Source: Halarcobacter sp. | GTDB lineage: Bacteria > Campylobacterota > Campylobacteria > Campylobacterales > Arcobacteraceae | Direction of reading: 5' to 3' | Assembly: GCA_963676565.1 (NCBI GenBank) | Contig: OY781089.1 | Span: 2,176,001-2,240,000, forward strand | DNA length: 64,000 nucleotides | Shown here: piece after piece, positions 31,447-42,360 of the stretch | How the letters are laid out: every line of letters begins with the position of its first letter | Position numbering within the stretch: the stretch's first letter is position 1 | Translations under genes and position numbers: made by a program | Notes under the pieces: generated by a model | What the model was told of the DNA's origin: nothing | The model's database searches: none | Seen by the model: only the letters and a program-made list of their open reading frames with translations

Positions 31447-32127
31447 TTAGAATAACTCTATTTCCATCTCAGGTTCAGCTTTTATAGTAGTATCATTGCC
31501 AAATAAGTCAACTCCTCCAACATACTCTTTAATAACAGGTGCTTTTGTAATTTCCGTTTGAAGTGCTTTTTCTTCATTAAGGATTTTATTATCTGTTTCA
31601 CTTTTTTGAGTAACTTTAATAAATGTTTGAAAGGTATCAGTTAAAAGTATTAATCTACCATGTTCACCTCTTGTATGTTCACTTATTAGTTTAAAACCTT
31701 CTGATTTACAGAAATCTTTCGCAAATTCAACATTTCTGTGCCCTATTGAGACGCTACTAACATTTATTTGCATAATATCAGCTCCCCCTGATATTTTTGC
31801 AGTCATATTTTGTTTATTACATCCAAGTTTATACATCTCATTAAGCATTGCCTCAACAGAATAAAGTCCATATTTCATATCGTCATTTGTACTATTTGTT
31901 GTTGGCAATAAAAAATGATTCATACCTTTTATTTGCTGTACAGTATCATAAAACATAATTGCGACACAAGAACCAAGAAGTGTTTTAAATGCAATGTTAT
32001 CTGCATCTCTACCCACTGCAAACTCACCACCAATAATTGTGTGAGTTAAAAAACCTTTTGTTCTTTGAGTAAATCTTGTATTAGAAGCTTTTTCAATGCT
32101 TCCGTCTTTATGTCCAATTATAATCAA
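31447..32127 (-). CDS. cheD: Chemoreceptor glutamine deamidase CheD
   Basis: TLLGSCVA, GMNHFLLP, AKISGGA. Confidence 0.92.
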   Translation of the reverse strand: MIIIGHKDGSIEKASNTRFTQRTKGFLTHTIIGGEFAVGRDADNIAFKTLLGSCVAIMFYDTVQQIKGMNHFLLPTTNSTNDDMKYGLYSVEAMLNEMYKLGCNKQNMTAKISGGADIMQINVSSVSIGHRNVEFAKDFCKSEGFKLISEHTRGEHGRLILLTDTFQTFIKVTQKSETDNKILNEEKALQTEITKAPVIKEYVGGVDLFGNDTTIKAEPEMEIELF

Positions 32128-32969
32128 GTTAATTCCTTTGTCTTAATGAAAATATTTTGCCCTATTCTTTGAACAAAATTAATTAAATCATGGGGATTTT
32201 CTGAATGACCTAAGTATAAAGTCCCCCCTACTTTTAAATGATTAAACAATTTTCTTAATATCTTATTTTGATCAACTGTAGAAAAATATATTAAAACATT
32301 TCTGCAGAATATTACATCAAATTGATTTTTTTCATAGGGATAAGAGGGATCACTTAAATTCATAACTTGAAAGGTACACATTTTTTGTAGTTCTGGCTTT
32401 ACTTTTATTAAAACCTCTTCAGATGCAAGATTTTTTTGAACTCTTCTTTTAAAATATTTTTGGGGTTTAATCCAAGAAGGAAACTCTTTAGATGATTTGG
32501 CATATCTATAAACACCATTTGCTGCATATTGAAGTACATTTGTATCAATATCAGTAGCTAAAATGGTTGCTTTTATATTTTTATTTAACTCCTCTGATGT
32601 TTCAAGGACCGTCATCGCCATAGAATAAGGCTCTTCTCCTGTAGAAGAGGCAGAACAATACATCTTTATTGTCTCTCCACTTTTTGCAAATTGAGGTAAA
32701 ACTCTATCTTTTAGATCTGTAAAGTGGAAATCTTCTCTGAAAAAATGTGTTTTGTTTGTAGTAAAAGAGTTGATAAATTCTTTTTGGTAATTACCCTCAC
32801 TCTCAATAGTATCTAATAACTCTTCGATATCACCAGTATATTTTGTATCTCTTTTTAATTTATGAAGTCTATTTGCAATCATAATATCTTTATTCTCTGA
32901 AAGGGTAATTCCTGTCAAAGAATAAAGTATCTTTTTTACTCTATCATGTAAAGCATTATTATCTAGCAT
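32124..32969 (-). CDS. cheR: Chemotaxis methyltransferase CheR
   Basis: TTNKTHFFRE, STGEEPYS, ATDID, FCRNVLIYF, LGHSE. Confidence 0.95.
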   Translation of the reverse strand: MLDNNALHDRVKKILYSLTGITLSENKDIMIANRLHKLKRDTKYTGDIEELLDTIESEGNYQKEFINSFTTNKTHFFREDFHFTDLKDRVLPQFAKSGETIKMYCSASSTGEEPYSMAMTVLETSEELNKNIKATILATDIDTNVLQYAANGVYRYAKSSKEFPSWIKPQKYFKRRVQKNLASEEVLIKVKPELQKMCTFQVMNLSDPSYPYEKNQFDVIFCRNVLIYFSTVDQNKILRKLFNHLKVGGTLYLGHSENPHDLINFVQRIGQNIFIKTKELT

Positions 32970-32974
32970 ACTTG

Positions 32975-35059
32975 TTAAGACGCTCTTTGAGCAATATTCA
33001 TATCTTTTTCGATTTTTATTTGAGCATTAATTATTCCTAATACATCTAGAATTAATCCAATACTTCCATCACCTCTAACTGTTGCAGCTCCAATACCTTC
33101 TACACTTCTAAAGTTTTTATCAAGTGGTTTTACAACAACTTGGTGTTGATTTAAGAACTCATCAATTGATATTGCTACTTTTTGGTTTCCTGATTTAACA
33201 ACAATTAACATTCCATCTTCTAATTTATCAAATGTTGGTTCTACTCCAAATAGATTATGTAATCTTACAACAGGAATAAACTCTTCTCTAAGCATCAATA
33301 AATCTTGTGAACCATCTCCAATTTTTTTAATCATATCTGGTGTTGGTTGTAATGATTCAACAATTGAACTTAAAGGTAAAATGTATTTTTGATCACCAAC
33401 AGCTATATCTAATCCATCTAAGATTGCAAGAGTAAGAGGTAACATAATAGTAATTACAGTACCTTTACCAAGTTCTGTATCTAATTTAATCGCTCCACCA
33501 AGTTTTTGAATATTTGTTTTTACAACATCCATTCCAACTCCACGACCAGAAATATCAGTTACTTTATCTGCAGTTGAAACTCCAGCACCAAATACCAACA
33601 TTGCTTTTTCATTATCACTCATTGATTTATGTTGATTTTCATCAATTTGACCTTGGTCTAGAGCTTTTTGAGCAACTTTTTCAATATCTATACCTTTCCC
33701 ATCATCTTCAATTGTAATAATCATCTGACCATTTGCTTGTTCTGCAGAAATAGTAATTGCACCAACTTCTTCTTTATCATTAGCAATTCTTACATCAGGA
33801 GTTTCTAAACCATGATCAAGTGAATTTCTAATAATATGCATTAAAGGATCTGTTAACCCTTCAATCATAGCTTTATCAATTTCAACACCATCGCCATAGT
33901 GTTTAAATTCTACTTTTTTACCAAGTTTTTTAGAAATATCTCTAACAACTTTTGGAAATTTTGAATAAATTGATTCCATTGGTACCATTCGGATACTCAT
34001 AATTGAATCTTGCATATCTCTAATGTGTCTTTCAAGAAGTTCAAGTCTTTCTAATACTGCATTTCTTGTTTTTGTTTCTTCAATTGATGTAGAAAACTGA
34101 GTTAACATTGCATTTGTAATAACTAAGTCACCTACATTATTCATAAGTAAATCAATTTTATCAAGATTTACTCTAATATTTGAAGATGAAGATTTTTTTG
34201 TAGATTCTTTTTCTTCTTCCCTTGAAGGTCTTGCTTTTCTTTCTGCTCTCGCAGTAGGGGTATCTGCTTTTACAGGAGTTGATTTTACTTCAGGAGTTGC
34301 AATTTTGACTTCTTCTTCATTATTAATTACTTTAACTGGTTTTTCTAGTTCTTCTTTTTGATCTTCATTATTAGCTACAATTTCAGAATCAGGAGAAAGG
34401 TCAGGCATGTCATCAAAGAATCCAAAGTCATCATTATCATCATGAATAATTTCCGGTGCTACATAATTTTCTGATTTTTTATCTAATTCTTCATCAAAAA
34501 AACCATATTTGCCATCTTCTGTTTCAAAATCTTCTTCTTTGAAGAATCCATATGATACATTAAACTTATCATCATTAACTTCTTGTTCATAAAAACCAAA
34601 GTTTTCATTTTTTTCAGTCTCTTCAACATCATTAGAAGAAACAGAATTTGGAGTTTCTCCATTGATATATGCTCTAATATCTTCAAGTAATGAAGCGGTC
34701 ATATCATCAAAAGTTGCTCTATCAAGTGTACCTGATACTTCTAAATCTAAAAGCTCTTTCATTACATCTAAACCATCAATTAAAGTTCCAGCCATTTCAG
34801 GTATAAACTCAATTTCATGGTTTCTTAATTTATCCATCATATTTTCAACATCATGGGTAAACTCAGCGAATAAAGTCAATTCAACAGATGCACCACTTCC
34901 TTTTAGTGTGTGTACATCTCTAAAAAGTTGACTCATCTCTTCGTCAGTTAGAGTTCCGTTGTTCTCTGCTTCTAACAGTACATTATCAGCAGATTCAAAA
35001 AGCTCCTCAGCCTCTTCAACAAACATCTCTCTGTATTTAGAAATATCAAATCCAGACAT
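32975..35059 (-). CDS. cheA: Chemotaxis histidine kinase CheA (no P2 domain, no C-terminal receiver)
   Basis: Hpt HTLKG, HIIRNSLDHG, DDGKG, SGRGVGMDVV, C-terminal CheW-like P5. Confidence 0.96.
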   Translation of the reverse strand: MSGFDISKYREMFVEEAEELFESADNVLLEAENNGTLTDEEMSQLFRDVHTLKGSGASVELTLFAEFTHDVENMMDKLRNHEIEFIPEMAGTLIDGLDVMKELLDLEVSGTLDRATFDDMTASLLEDIRAYINGETPNSVSSNDVEETEKNENFGFYEQEVNDDKFNVSYGFFKEEDFETEDGKYGFFDEELDKKSENYVAPEIIHDDNDDFGFFDDMPDLSPDSEIVANNEDQKEELEKPVKVINNEEEVKIATPEVKSTPVKADTPTARAERKARPSREEEKESTKKSSSSNIRVNLDKIDLLMNNVGDLVITNAMLTQFSTSIEETKTRNAVLERLELLERHIRDMQDSIMSIRMVPMESIYSKFPKVVRDISKKLGKKVEFKHYGDGVEIDKAMIEGLTDPLMHIIRNSLDHGLETPDVRIANDKEEVGAITISAEQANGQMIITIEDDGKGIDIEKVAQKALDQGQIDENQHKSMSDNEKAMLVFGAGVSTADKVTDISGRGVGMDVVKTNIQKLGGAIKLDTELGKGTVITIMLPLTLAILDGLDIAVGDQKYILPLSSIVESLQPTPDMIKKIGDGSQDLLMLREEFIPVVRLHNLFGVEPTFDKLEDGMLIVVKSGNQKVAISIDEFLNQHQVVVKPLDKNFRSVEGIGAATVRGDGSIGLILDVLGIINAQIKIEKDMNIAQRAS

Positions 35060-35071
35060 AATATAACCTTT

Positions 35072-35440
35072 TTATCTACTTAATACTATATTAACTGCTT
35101 TTAACAATTGTTCTGGAACAAAAGGTTTAACAATCCAACCAGTTGCCCCTGCAGCTTTACCTTTTGCTTTCATTTCATCACTTCTTTCAGTTGTTAAAAC
35201 TAAAATTGGCTTACTTGAATAAGCAGAAAGCTTTCTTAATTCTCCTATAAGTGTTAACCCATCCATATTAGGCATATTTACATCTGTAATAATAAGGTCA
35301 AATGTTTGACTCTTAGCCTTTTCTAATCCATCAACACCATCAACTGCCTCTACAACATCAGTGTAACCACCTTCATTTAATGCATAATTTAGCATATCTC
35401 TCAACATTGTAGAATCATCAACAATTAAAAGCTTAGCCAT
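35072..35440 (-). CDS. cheY: Chemotaxis response regulator CheY
   Basis: Single receiver domain: VDDS, TDVNMP, LTTE, GWIVKPF. Confidence 0.92.
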   Translation of the reverse strand: MAKLLIVDDSTMLRDMLNYALNEGGYTDVVEAVDGVDGLEKAKSQTFDLIITDVNMPNMDGLTLIGELRKLSAYSSKPILVLTTERSDEMKAKGKAAGATGWIVKPFVPEQLLKAVNIVLSR

Positions 35441-35642
35441 AAAAACCCCTTGTTTTTTAATGAAAAAATATTATTTTTACTATATTAACTAAAGAAATAT
35501 TAATTTAAGTTTAGTAATTCAATCTATTTATTATGAATTGATAATTGTGGGTATAATAGGAGTCTTGGGTATTTATTGCTTATTAATGCTTAAAAAAATA
35601 AATAAGTTTTAATGAATATATTAAAATTATTAGTAGGATAAG

Positions 35643-35676
35643 ATAAAAGCTGAATGAATAATTCAGCTTTTATTTG
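35643..35676. terminator. Intrinsic terminator downstream of pnp (possibly bidirectional)
   Basis: ATAAAAGCTGAAT-GAATA-ATTCAGCTTTTAT, 13-bp perfect stem. Confidence 0.8.
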
Positions 35677-35678
35677 CT

Positions 35679-37862
35679 TTATAGAGAACTAGATGCTAAT
35701 TCTATTCTGTCTTTTTTTACTTTTAACACTTTTATTTCAACAGAGTCATCAACATTTAAAACATCTTCAACTTTTTTAACTCTTTGTTTAGAGATTTTAG
35801 AAATATGTAATAACCCTTCACCACCTTTTGGTAGCTCTACAAAGGCACCAAAGTCAGCAAGTCTAACTACTTTACCTGTTAAAACTTCATCTATTTGATA
35901 TAGTTTTTCAAAATCTATATTTTTCTTTGGGTTATCTCTTCTAGAACTTGCATTATTTGAAATAGTTTTTATATGTTCACAAGCATCTAAAACATTTTGT
36001 TTGTTATCTCCACTTACTTTTACATTACCTGTATCTCTATCTAAATCGATTGATACTGAGAATTTTTCAATTATCTCTTTTATTGTTGCACCAGCTTTTC
36101 CTATAATTACCATAAACTTACTTGGGTCAATTGCAAATTGCTCAATTAAAGGTAAAGCTTCACTTGGTACTATTTCTAAAGAAGCTTCTTCCATTAATCC
36201 TAAAATATGTTCTCTTCCCTCTTTTGCTTGTAATAATGCTTCTTTTAAAACTGATAATTCAATTCCACCAAGTTTTATATCCATTTGTAGAGCAGTGATT
36301 CCTTCTCTTGTTCCAGCAACTTTAAAATCCATATCTCCATCATGGTCTTCTAATCCCATAATATCTGTTAAAACTGAATAATTGTCACCTTCAACAACCA
36401 TACCCATTGCTACACCAGCAACTAGATTAGAAATAGGAACACCTGCTGCTTTAAGTGCTAAAGAACCACCACAAACAGTTGCCATAGATGAAGAACCATT
36501 AGATTCTAAAATTTCAGAAACAAGTCTTACTGTTTCATCATAATCTTTATCGATAGTTGCCTCTAAAGCTTTTTTAGCTAGATTTCCATGACCTAATTCA
36601 CGTCTTCCTACACCAAACATAGGTTTTGCCTCACCAACTGAAAAACCTGGGAAGTTATAATGAACCATAAAGTTTTCTACATTTGTAGATTTTTCTGTTA
36701 AAACCTCATACATTTGCCCATCTTTTGGTCCAGCTAATGTACCAACTACTAAAGCTTGAGTCTCCCCCCTTGTAAATAAACAAGATGAGTGAGTTGATGG
36801 TAAGATATTCGTATCAATAGTAATAGGTCTTACATCTCTTAATCCTCTTCCATCAGCTCTAACTTTATCATTTACAATCATTGATCTAACTGCTTCTCTT
36901 TTTACAATAGAAACAGCTTCATAAACAGTTGAGAATTCAATCTCATTTGAAACACAATATTCATCTTTTGAAATTAATTTTGCAACATCTTTAAGTTCTG
37001 TAGCTCTTTCACTTTTTGCTAATTTTTTTAATGCTTCTTTAACATTAGAAATATAGTTATCTCTTACGTAATTAATCACTTTCTCATCAATTGTAAATTC
37101 AACTAATTCAACATCACAAATCTCTTTGCAAACAGATTCAAAAGCTTTTTCATAAGTTTCATTAGACTCTTTCAGAGCTTCTTGAGCTACTGCAATTGCT
37201 TCAACTAATTGATCTTCATCCATTTCATTTGTTTTATGAAGTTTAGAAAATGCTTCAATATCAACTTCAACCATCTCTTCAGATGAGATAGCTTTCATTT
37301 CAATCATTAATAGTTCTTCTTTAGAACCAGCAACATAAAGGTCTAAAGTTGACTCTTCTAATTGAGAACTCGATGGATTAACAACATATTCACCCTCAAT
37401 TTTAGCAACTCTAACACCTGAAATTGATTTTTTAATTGGAAGGTTAGATGTATAAAGTGCAGCACTAGCAGCATTTAAAGCTAAAACTTGTAAATCAACA
37501 TCCTTATCTGCACTTAAAACAATTACTGTAATTGTTGTAGGGTATACATAACCTTTAGGGAAAAGTGGTCTTAAACTTCTATCAATAACCCTTGAAGTTA
37601 AGGTTTCAAATTCACTTGGTTTTGCTTCTCTTTTTATAAAACCACCTGGCAGTTTTGCAGCGGCATATGTCTTTTCTACATATTGAACAGTTAAAGGAGT
37701 AAAGTCTTCTTCAACTGGATTATCAAATTCACTTACAACCGTAGCTAGAACAACAGCATTTCCTAATTTTGCTAATACAGACCCATTAGCTTGTTTGGCA
37801 ACCTTCCCAAACTCAAATATTTCTTGTTTTCCATTCAACTCAAATTCACACACTGTTGACAT
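35679..37862 (-). CDS. pnp: Polyribonucleotide nucleotidyltransferase
   Basis: SRVIDRSLRPLFP, RRELGHG, ESNGSSSMA, DMDFKVAGT, KH and S1 domains. Confidence 0.97.
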   Translation of the reverse strand: MSTVCEFELNGKQEIFEFGKVAKQANGSVLAKLGNAVVLATVVSEFDNPVEEDFTPLTVQYVEKTYAAAKLPGGFIKREAKPSEFETLTSRVIDRSLRPLFPKGYVYPTTITVIVLSADKDVDLQVLALNAASAALYTSNLPIKKSISGVRVAKIEGEYVVNPSSSQLEESTLDLYVAGSKEELLMIEMKAISSEEMVEVDIEAFSKLHKTNEMDEDQLVEAIAVAQEALKESNETYEKAFESVCKEICDVELVEFTIDEKVINYVRDNYISNVKEALKKLAKSERATELKDVAKLISKDEYCVSNEIEFSTVYEAVSIVKREAVRSMIVNDKVRADGRGLRDVRPITIDTNILPSTHSSCLFTRGETQALVVGTLAGPKDGQMYEVLTEKSTNVENFMVHYNFPGFSVGEAKPMFGVGRRELGHGNLAKKALEATIDKDYDETVRLVSEILESNGSSSMATVCGGSLALKAAGVPISNLVAGVAMGMVVEGDNYSVLTDIMGLEDHDGDMDFKVAGTREGITALQMDIKLGGIELSVLKEALLQAKEGREHILGLMEEASLEIVPSEALPLIEQFAIDPSKFMVIIGKAGATIKEIIEKFSVSIDLDRDTGNVKVSGDNKQNVLDACEHIKTISNNASSRRDNPKKNIDFEKLYQIDEVLTGKVVRLADFGAFVELPKGGEGLLHISKISKQRVKKVEDVLNVDDSVEIKVLKVKKDRIELASSSL

Positions 37863-38519
37863 CTAATTTCCTTTTTCTCTATATTTTTTTACATCATCGT
37901 AAGTTAACATTTCCAACTCATCATAATAAAAATCGATACTAATAAAATGATCAAGATTTTTTACATAATAAAGGTCATCTGCAATTGATTCTATAGTAGA
38001 AATACTAGCAGTTGGTAAAATTGGTATTGCCACTGAAACTGACTTTGCTCCAAGATGAATTGCAGTTTTAATACAAGCCATCATTGTTAAACTTGTATTT
38101 AAACCTTCATCAATAAGTAAAACATTTTTGTTTTCTAAGTCTTTTAATTTTGTACCTTTTCTAAACTTGTTTACACAAGAAGAGAGTTCATTATCAAAGA
38201 TATATCTAGATTTTGAGAAAACAAAATCTAAACTAATTTCAAAGGCTTTAACTAACTCTTCGTGAATTACAACTTCCTCAGTTTCAGTCACAATAGCAAT
38301 TTCACACTCATCATTATTAGGTGAAAATATTTTCCTCGAAAACATTATATCAAGTTTTGCATTTAATTCGTTGGCAATTATCTCTGCAATGGGGTATCCA
38401 TTGTACGAACTTGCAATAACAGTCCAGTCTTCTAATTTCATTTTATTAATAGGAAGAATATCAATAAGTCTATATGCGGCCACATCTCTATTTTTAAAAT
38501 ATATCTTGTCTGGCGTCAT
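37863..38519 (-). CDS. Phosphoribosyltransferase-family protein
   Basis: FKNR..A N-terminus, VLLIDEGLNT PRPP-loop-like motif. Confidence 0.75.
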   Translation of the reverse strand: MTPDKIYFKNRDVAAYRLIDILPINKMKLEDWTVIASSYNGYPIAEIIANELNAKLDIMFSRKIFSPNNDECEIAIVTETEEVVIHEELVKAFEISLDFVFSKSRYIFDNELSSCVNKFRKGTKLKDLENKNVLLIDEGLNTSLTMMACIKTAIHLGAKSVSVAIPILPTASISTIESIADDLYYVKNLDHFISIDFYYDELEMLTYDDVKKYREKGN

Positions 38520-38522
38520 ATT

Positions 38523-40622
38523 TTAGTTATCCTTGTTTATTTCATACTCTTGCATCACACCACCTAAAGGTTTTAAGAATAGTTCTATATAGACAATATC
38601 TTGTTCAATTGGATCTGAGGTAGTTGTAGAAGCAGCAGTAATCTCATTTTGGTATTTTAGGTTTAAATCCCAACAACTGTCATTTATTGAAAATTTAAAT
38701 GATTGTCTTGTTCTTAAATTCTCTTCTAAATTATATTTTGTACTATATCCAATAGAATATCTATCTGATAGTTTATATTTAGAATCGATTGTATATGATT
38801 CTAAATCTTCATCAAAGCCTGCATTAGCTGATTGCCTAGCTAAATAATGTCCAAGTTTTAAATAAAAATTATTATAGTTCAATGAAAAAGAAGTTGAACT
38901 TTCTACGAACTTTTTATCTTGTTGATTATAAATAAACTTGTTTTTCATAGAACCAAGAATATAATTATATATAATCTCATTTTCTAAGTTTTGTAGCTTT
39001 GGATTATCTTCTTCATATAAAATAGTTTGTTTAATTTTATGTTTCACAATCTCTTTTAAACTATCTTTATCATAAAAAGAATGATTTAAACCAAAAGCTA
39101 TGGTATCCTCAGTTTTTGCAACAGGGAAAGAACTTAAATCAGAAAATGAAATATCACTATTATAATATAAGTCTCCATTTTCTTTTATTGTATTAGCTTT
39201 ATTAAAATCTGTAAATAAGTTTACAGAATGAATATATTTATCATATGGTTTTATCAAATCACTATTTAAAGATAATGTTGTATTACTTTCAGCAAAAGTA
39301 GCATTCTCATATTTAGTTGATGAAAAATTACTATAGTTGAATCTATTTAAAGAAAAAGAATGTCTAATCTCAAAATTTAAATAATTATCGAACAATGAAA
39401 GTGAATATGATAAAGGAACACTAAGTTCATATTGATTTGCACTTATCCCATCCCGTCTATAATGATTTGTAATTTTTAAATCTGCTGAATATAATAGTTT
39501 ATCTAAAAATAAAGGTTTCGAATAACTATGAGTCTGAACTTTAGGTAACTCTTGTAAAGTAGTTGCATTTGAGTCTTTTGTTGTATCAATATAATATCTA
39601 AAATAAGAACCTAAGAAATAATTTGGTGTATTGTAAACATAATTGATTCTAGATTCAATTTTACTTTCAATATCATCTCTATACTTTTCATCCTCCAAGG
39701 TTTTATATTCAATATCATTTAAATAGTTTAAATCTACATAAATACCATCAGTTGTATCAAGTTTTTTACCATTGAATAGATTGTTTCTTTCATATTTCAA
39801 ATCAAACCCATAGTGGTTTGCATTTCTTAAATTATACTCATCTACATAGTCACTTTTCTCTTTAAAATATCCACTGCTTAATTCAAAAATTGAATCTGCA
39901 GTATCTGCATACCTAAAATATGTATATAAACCTAAACCTCTAGTAGATCTAATTTGAGGTATAAATTCGATATCATAATTTTTTGCAGGAGCTAAATAAA
40001 TAGGTTGAGAAAAAAAAGTTCCTTCTGAAGAAGATAAACCAAAACTAGGCATTAGTAATCCTGTTCTTCTTGATTTATCAGTAGAAAAACCTAAATAAGG
40101 AGCATAAAATAAAGGGATATTTTTCATATATATTCTTGGATTATAGATATTAATCCATTTATCTTCAGTATCATAATCTGCACTAGAAGACCTAATACTC
40201 CAATCCGGGTCTACACAATCACAACTTGAAACAATAGAATCTTCAATATAAATTTTTTCTTTTCTTTTATCAGACTCGTTAGAACTAATCCAAACAGAAG
40301 TTGATTCATCATAATACATTGTTGGTTTTTGATAAATTCCATCATTTTTCATATCTAAAAAAGCATAATCACTTTTTGATTGAACGTTATTATTTCTTAA
40401 AATCATAACATCATCAAATAACTCAAAAGTTTCTTTCTCTTTGTCATAAATTATTTTTTGAGCAGTAATATAATAGGTTTTAGAATAAATTACCACATTA
40501 CCCGTTGCAACAAGTATATTATTTTCTTTTGTTTTAACATCATTAGCAATAATTTCAAACTTTTCATTTTGTGCATGTAAAGAAGCAACTAAAATAATTG
40601 TAGCAATAAATTTTCTAAGCAT
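38523..40622 (-). CDS. lptD: LPS-assembly protein LptD
   Basis: Signal peptide, SSC...PDW, RRTGLLMP, C-terminal CW and KPLGG beta-barrel end. Confidence 0.88.
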   Translation of the reverse strand: MLRKFIATIILVASLHAQNEKFEIIANDVKTKENNILVATGNVVIYSKTYYITAQKIIYDKEKETFELFDDVMILRNNNVQSKSDYAFLDMKNDGIYQKPTMYYDESTSVWISSNESDKRKEKIYIEDSIVSSCDCVDPDWSIRSSSADYDTEDKWINIYNPRIYMKNIPLFYAPYLGFSTDKSRRTGLLMPSFGLSSSEGTFFSQPIYLAPAKNYDIEFIPQIRSTRGLGLYTYFRYADTADSIFELSSGYFKEKSDYVDEYNLRNANHYGFDLKYERNNLFNGKKLDTTDGIYVDLNYLNDIEYKTLEDEKYRDDIESKIESRINYVYNTPNYFLGSYFRYYIDTTKDSNATTLQELPKVQTHSYSKPLFLDKLLYSADLKITNHYRRDGISANQYELSVPLSYSLSLFDNYLNFEIRHSFSLNRFNYSNFSSTKYENATFAESNTTLSLNSDLIKPYDKYIHSVNLFTDFNKANTIKENGDLYYNSDISFSDLSSFPVAKTEDTIAFGLNHSFYDKDSLKEIVKHKIKQTILYEEDNPKLQNLENEIIYNYILGSMKNKFIYNQQDKKFVESSTSFSLNYNNFYLKLGHYLARQSANAGFDEDLESYTIDSKYKLSDRYSIGYSTKYNLEENLRTRQSFKFSINDSCWDLNLKYQNEITAASTTTSDPIEQDIVYIELFLKPLGGVMQEYEINKDN

Positions 40623-41046
40623 TAACGACTAAAGTCCTTCCAATTTTGTCATGAAGCGTTTGTCTTCCATCATTGAAAAAAGCAAATATAAATCCAATGT
40701 AAAAGAACATCTCACTAATAATTCTAATAATAGACCTAGTCATCGCAGTAACTATTGAAACTCTACCAAAATGGTTATAATCAATAACTTTAATTTTAGT
40801 TACTATTTTACCAATAGTAGCCCCATAATACCACACAAAAAAAGTTTGATATATAAATTTTAAAAATAAAACTTGCCATACAAATTGATTCATTATTGCT
40901 AAAAGGGTTACTAAATCATCACCTGTACTTGATATACTTCCCCAATACATTGCAATAACGATAAAGGTTATAAGAAAATCATCAATAACAAAAGCTAAAG
41001 TTCTTGAACGTATTGTTGCTAATTCTAAATTATCAGTGTTATTCAT
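40615..41046 (-). CDS. RDD family membrane protein
   Basis: R..AFVIDD, GATIGK, RQTLHDK. Confidence 0.88.
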   Translation of the reverse strand: MNNTDNLELATIRSRTLAFVIDDFLITFIVIAMYWGSISSTGDDLVTLLAIMNQFVWQVLFLKFIYQTFFVWYYGATIGKIVTKIKVIDYNHFGRVSIVTAMTRSIIRIISEMFFYIGFIFAFFNDGRQTLHDKIGRTLVVNA

Positions 41047-41060
41047 CTATGATAAATCTC

Positions 41061-42329
41061 TTATTTTAGAGCTTGATATGCAATATCAGTTCTACATTTT
41101 TTCCCAGCAAAATGAACCTGTCCACAAAGTTTATATGCTCTATCTCTTGCTAGTTTGATTGTTTCACCAAACCCAACACAAAGAAGAACTCTTCCACCTG
41201 TTGCAAAAAGTTTGCCATCCTCTTTACTAACACCTGCATATGAGATATGTGTATTATTTAAAATCTCTTCATCAACTATCTCATCAACTATAATTTCAGC
41301 AGCAGGGCTAGATCCATATGGATAGTTTGCACTTGCCATTACAACGGCAACTCCATATTCATTTTTAATTTTTATATCTAATTTATCAAGCTGTTTAGTA
41401 GCTCCCTTATAAAATAAATCAGATACAGGAGTTTCTAATAAAGGCATTAAAATCTCACACTCTGGGTCACCAAATCTTACATTATATTCCAAAATAATTG
41501 GCTCACCGTTTACAACCATTACACCAATAAATAAAACACCTTCAAAAGGAGCACCCTCTTTTTTCATACCTTCTAGTGTTGGTTTAATTACTCTATCTTC
41601 AACTTTTTGGTAAATCTCGTCATTTACCAAAGGGGTTGGTGCATATGCTCCCATCCCTCCAGTATTTGGTCCAGTATCTCCATCCCCTACTCTTTTATGA
41701 TCTTGAGCAGCTGGTAATACTTTGTAGTTTTCGCCATCGCAAATAGCAAAAATAGATAATTCATATCCATCTAAATACTCTTCAACAACAATTGAAGTTC
41801 CAGCATCTCCAAATGATTCACCACTTAACATATCAGATGCTGCTTGTTTTGCTTCATCTTTATTTTGAGCTATAATTACACCTTTTCCTGCACATAAACC
41901 ATCTGCCTTTACAACAATTGGTTCATTCATAGTATCAATGAAATTATGAGCTTCTTCTACAGATGTAGTTTCTATAAACGCTGCTGTTGGTATGTTATAC
42001 TTTTTAAGAATATTTTTCATATACACCTTTGAGCCTTCAAGCTGAGCTGCAGCCTTACTTGGACCAAATACTGTTAAACCATTTTCTTTAAATATATCAA
42101 CAACACCATCTACTAATGGAGCTTCAGGACCTACTATTGTTAAATCAATTGTATTTTCTTTTGCCCATTGTGCCAATTCATTATAATCTTTAATATTTAT
42201 ATTAGTACCTAAATTGTCAGTTGCGCCATTCCCTGGCATAAAAAATAAGTTATGATTTTCCTCTTCTTTAGAAATAGCTAGTCCAATAGAGTATTCTCTA
42301 CCACCAGAACCAAGTATTAAAATGTTCAC
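41061..42329 (-). CDS. purD: Phosphoribosylamine--glycine ligase
   Basis: [43 protein letters not shown]. Confidence 0.97.
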   Translation of the reverse strand: MNILILGSGGREYSIGLAISKEEENHNLFFMPGNGATDNLGTNINIKDYNELAQWAKENTIDLTIVGPEAPLVDGVVDIFKENGLTVFGPSKAAAQLEGSKVYMKNILKKYNIPTAAFIETTSVEEAHNFIDTMNEPIVVKADGLCAGKGVIIAQNKDEAKQAASDMLSGESFGDAGTSIVVEEYLDGYELSIFAICDGENYKVLPAAQDHKRVGDGDTGPNTGGMGAYAPTPLVNDEIYQKVEDRVIKPTLEGMKKEGAPFEGVLFIGVMVVNGEPIILEYNVRFGDPECEILMPLLETPVSDLFYKGATKQLDKLDIKIKNEYGVAVVMASANYPYGSSPAAEIIVDEIVDEEILNNTHISYAGVSKEDGKLFATGGRVLLCVGFGETIKLARDRAYKLCGQVHFAGKKCRTDIAYQALK

Positions 42330-42360
42330 TAGATTGTCCTTAATAATGAGTAATAAAATT

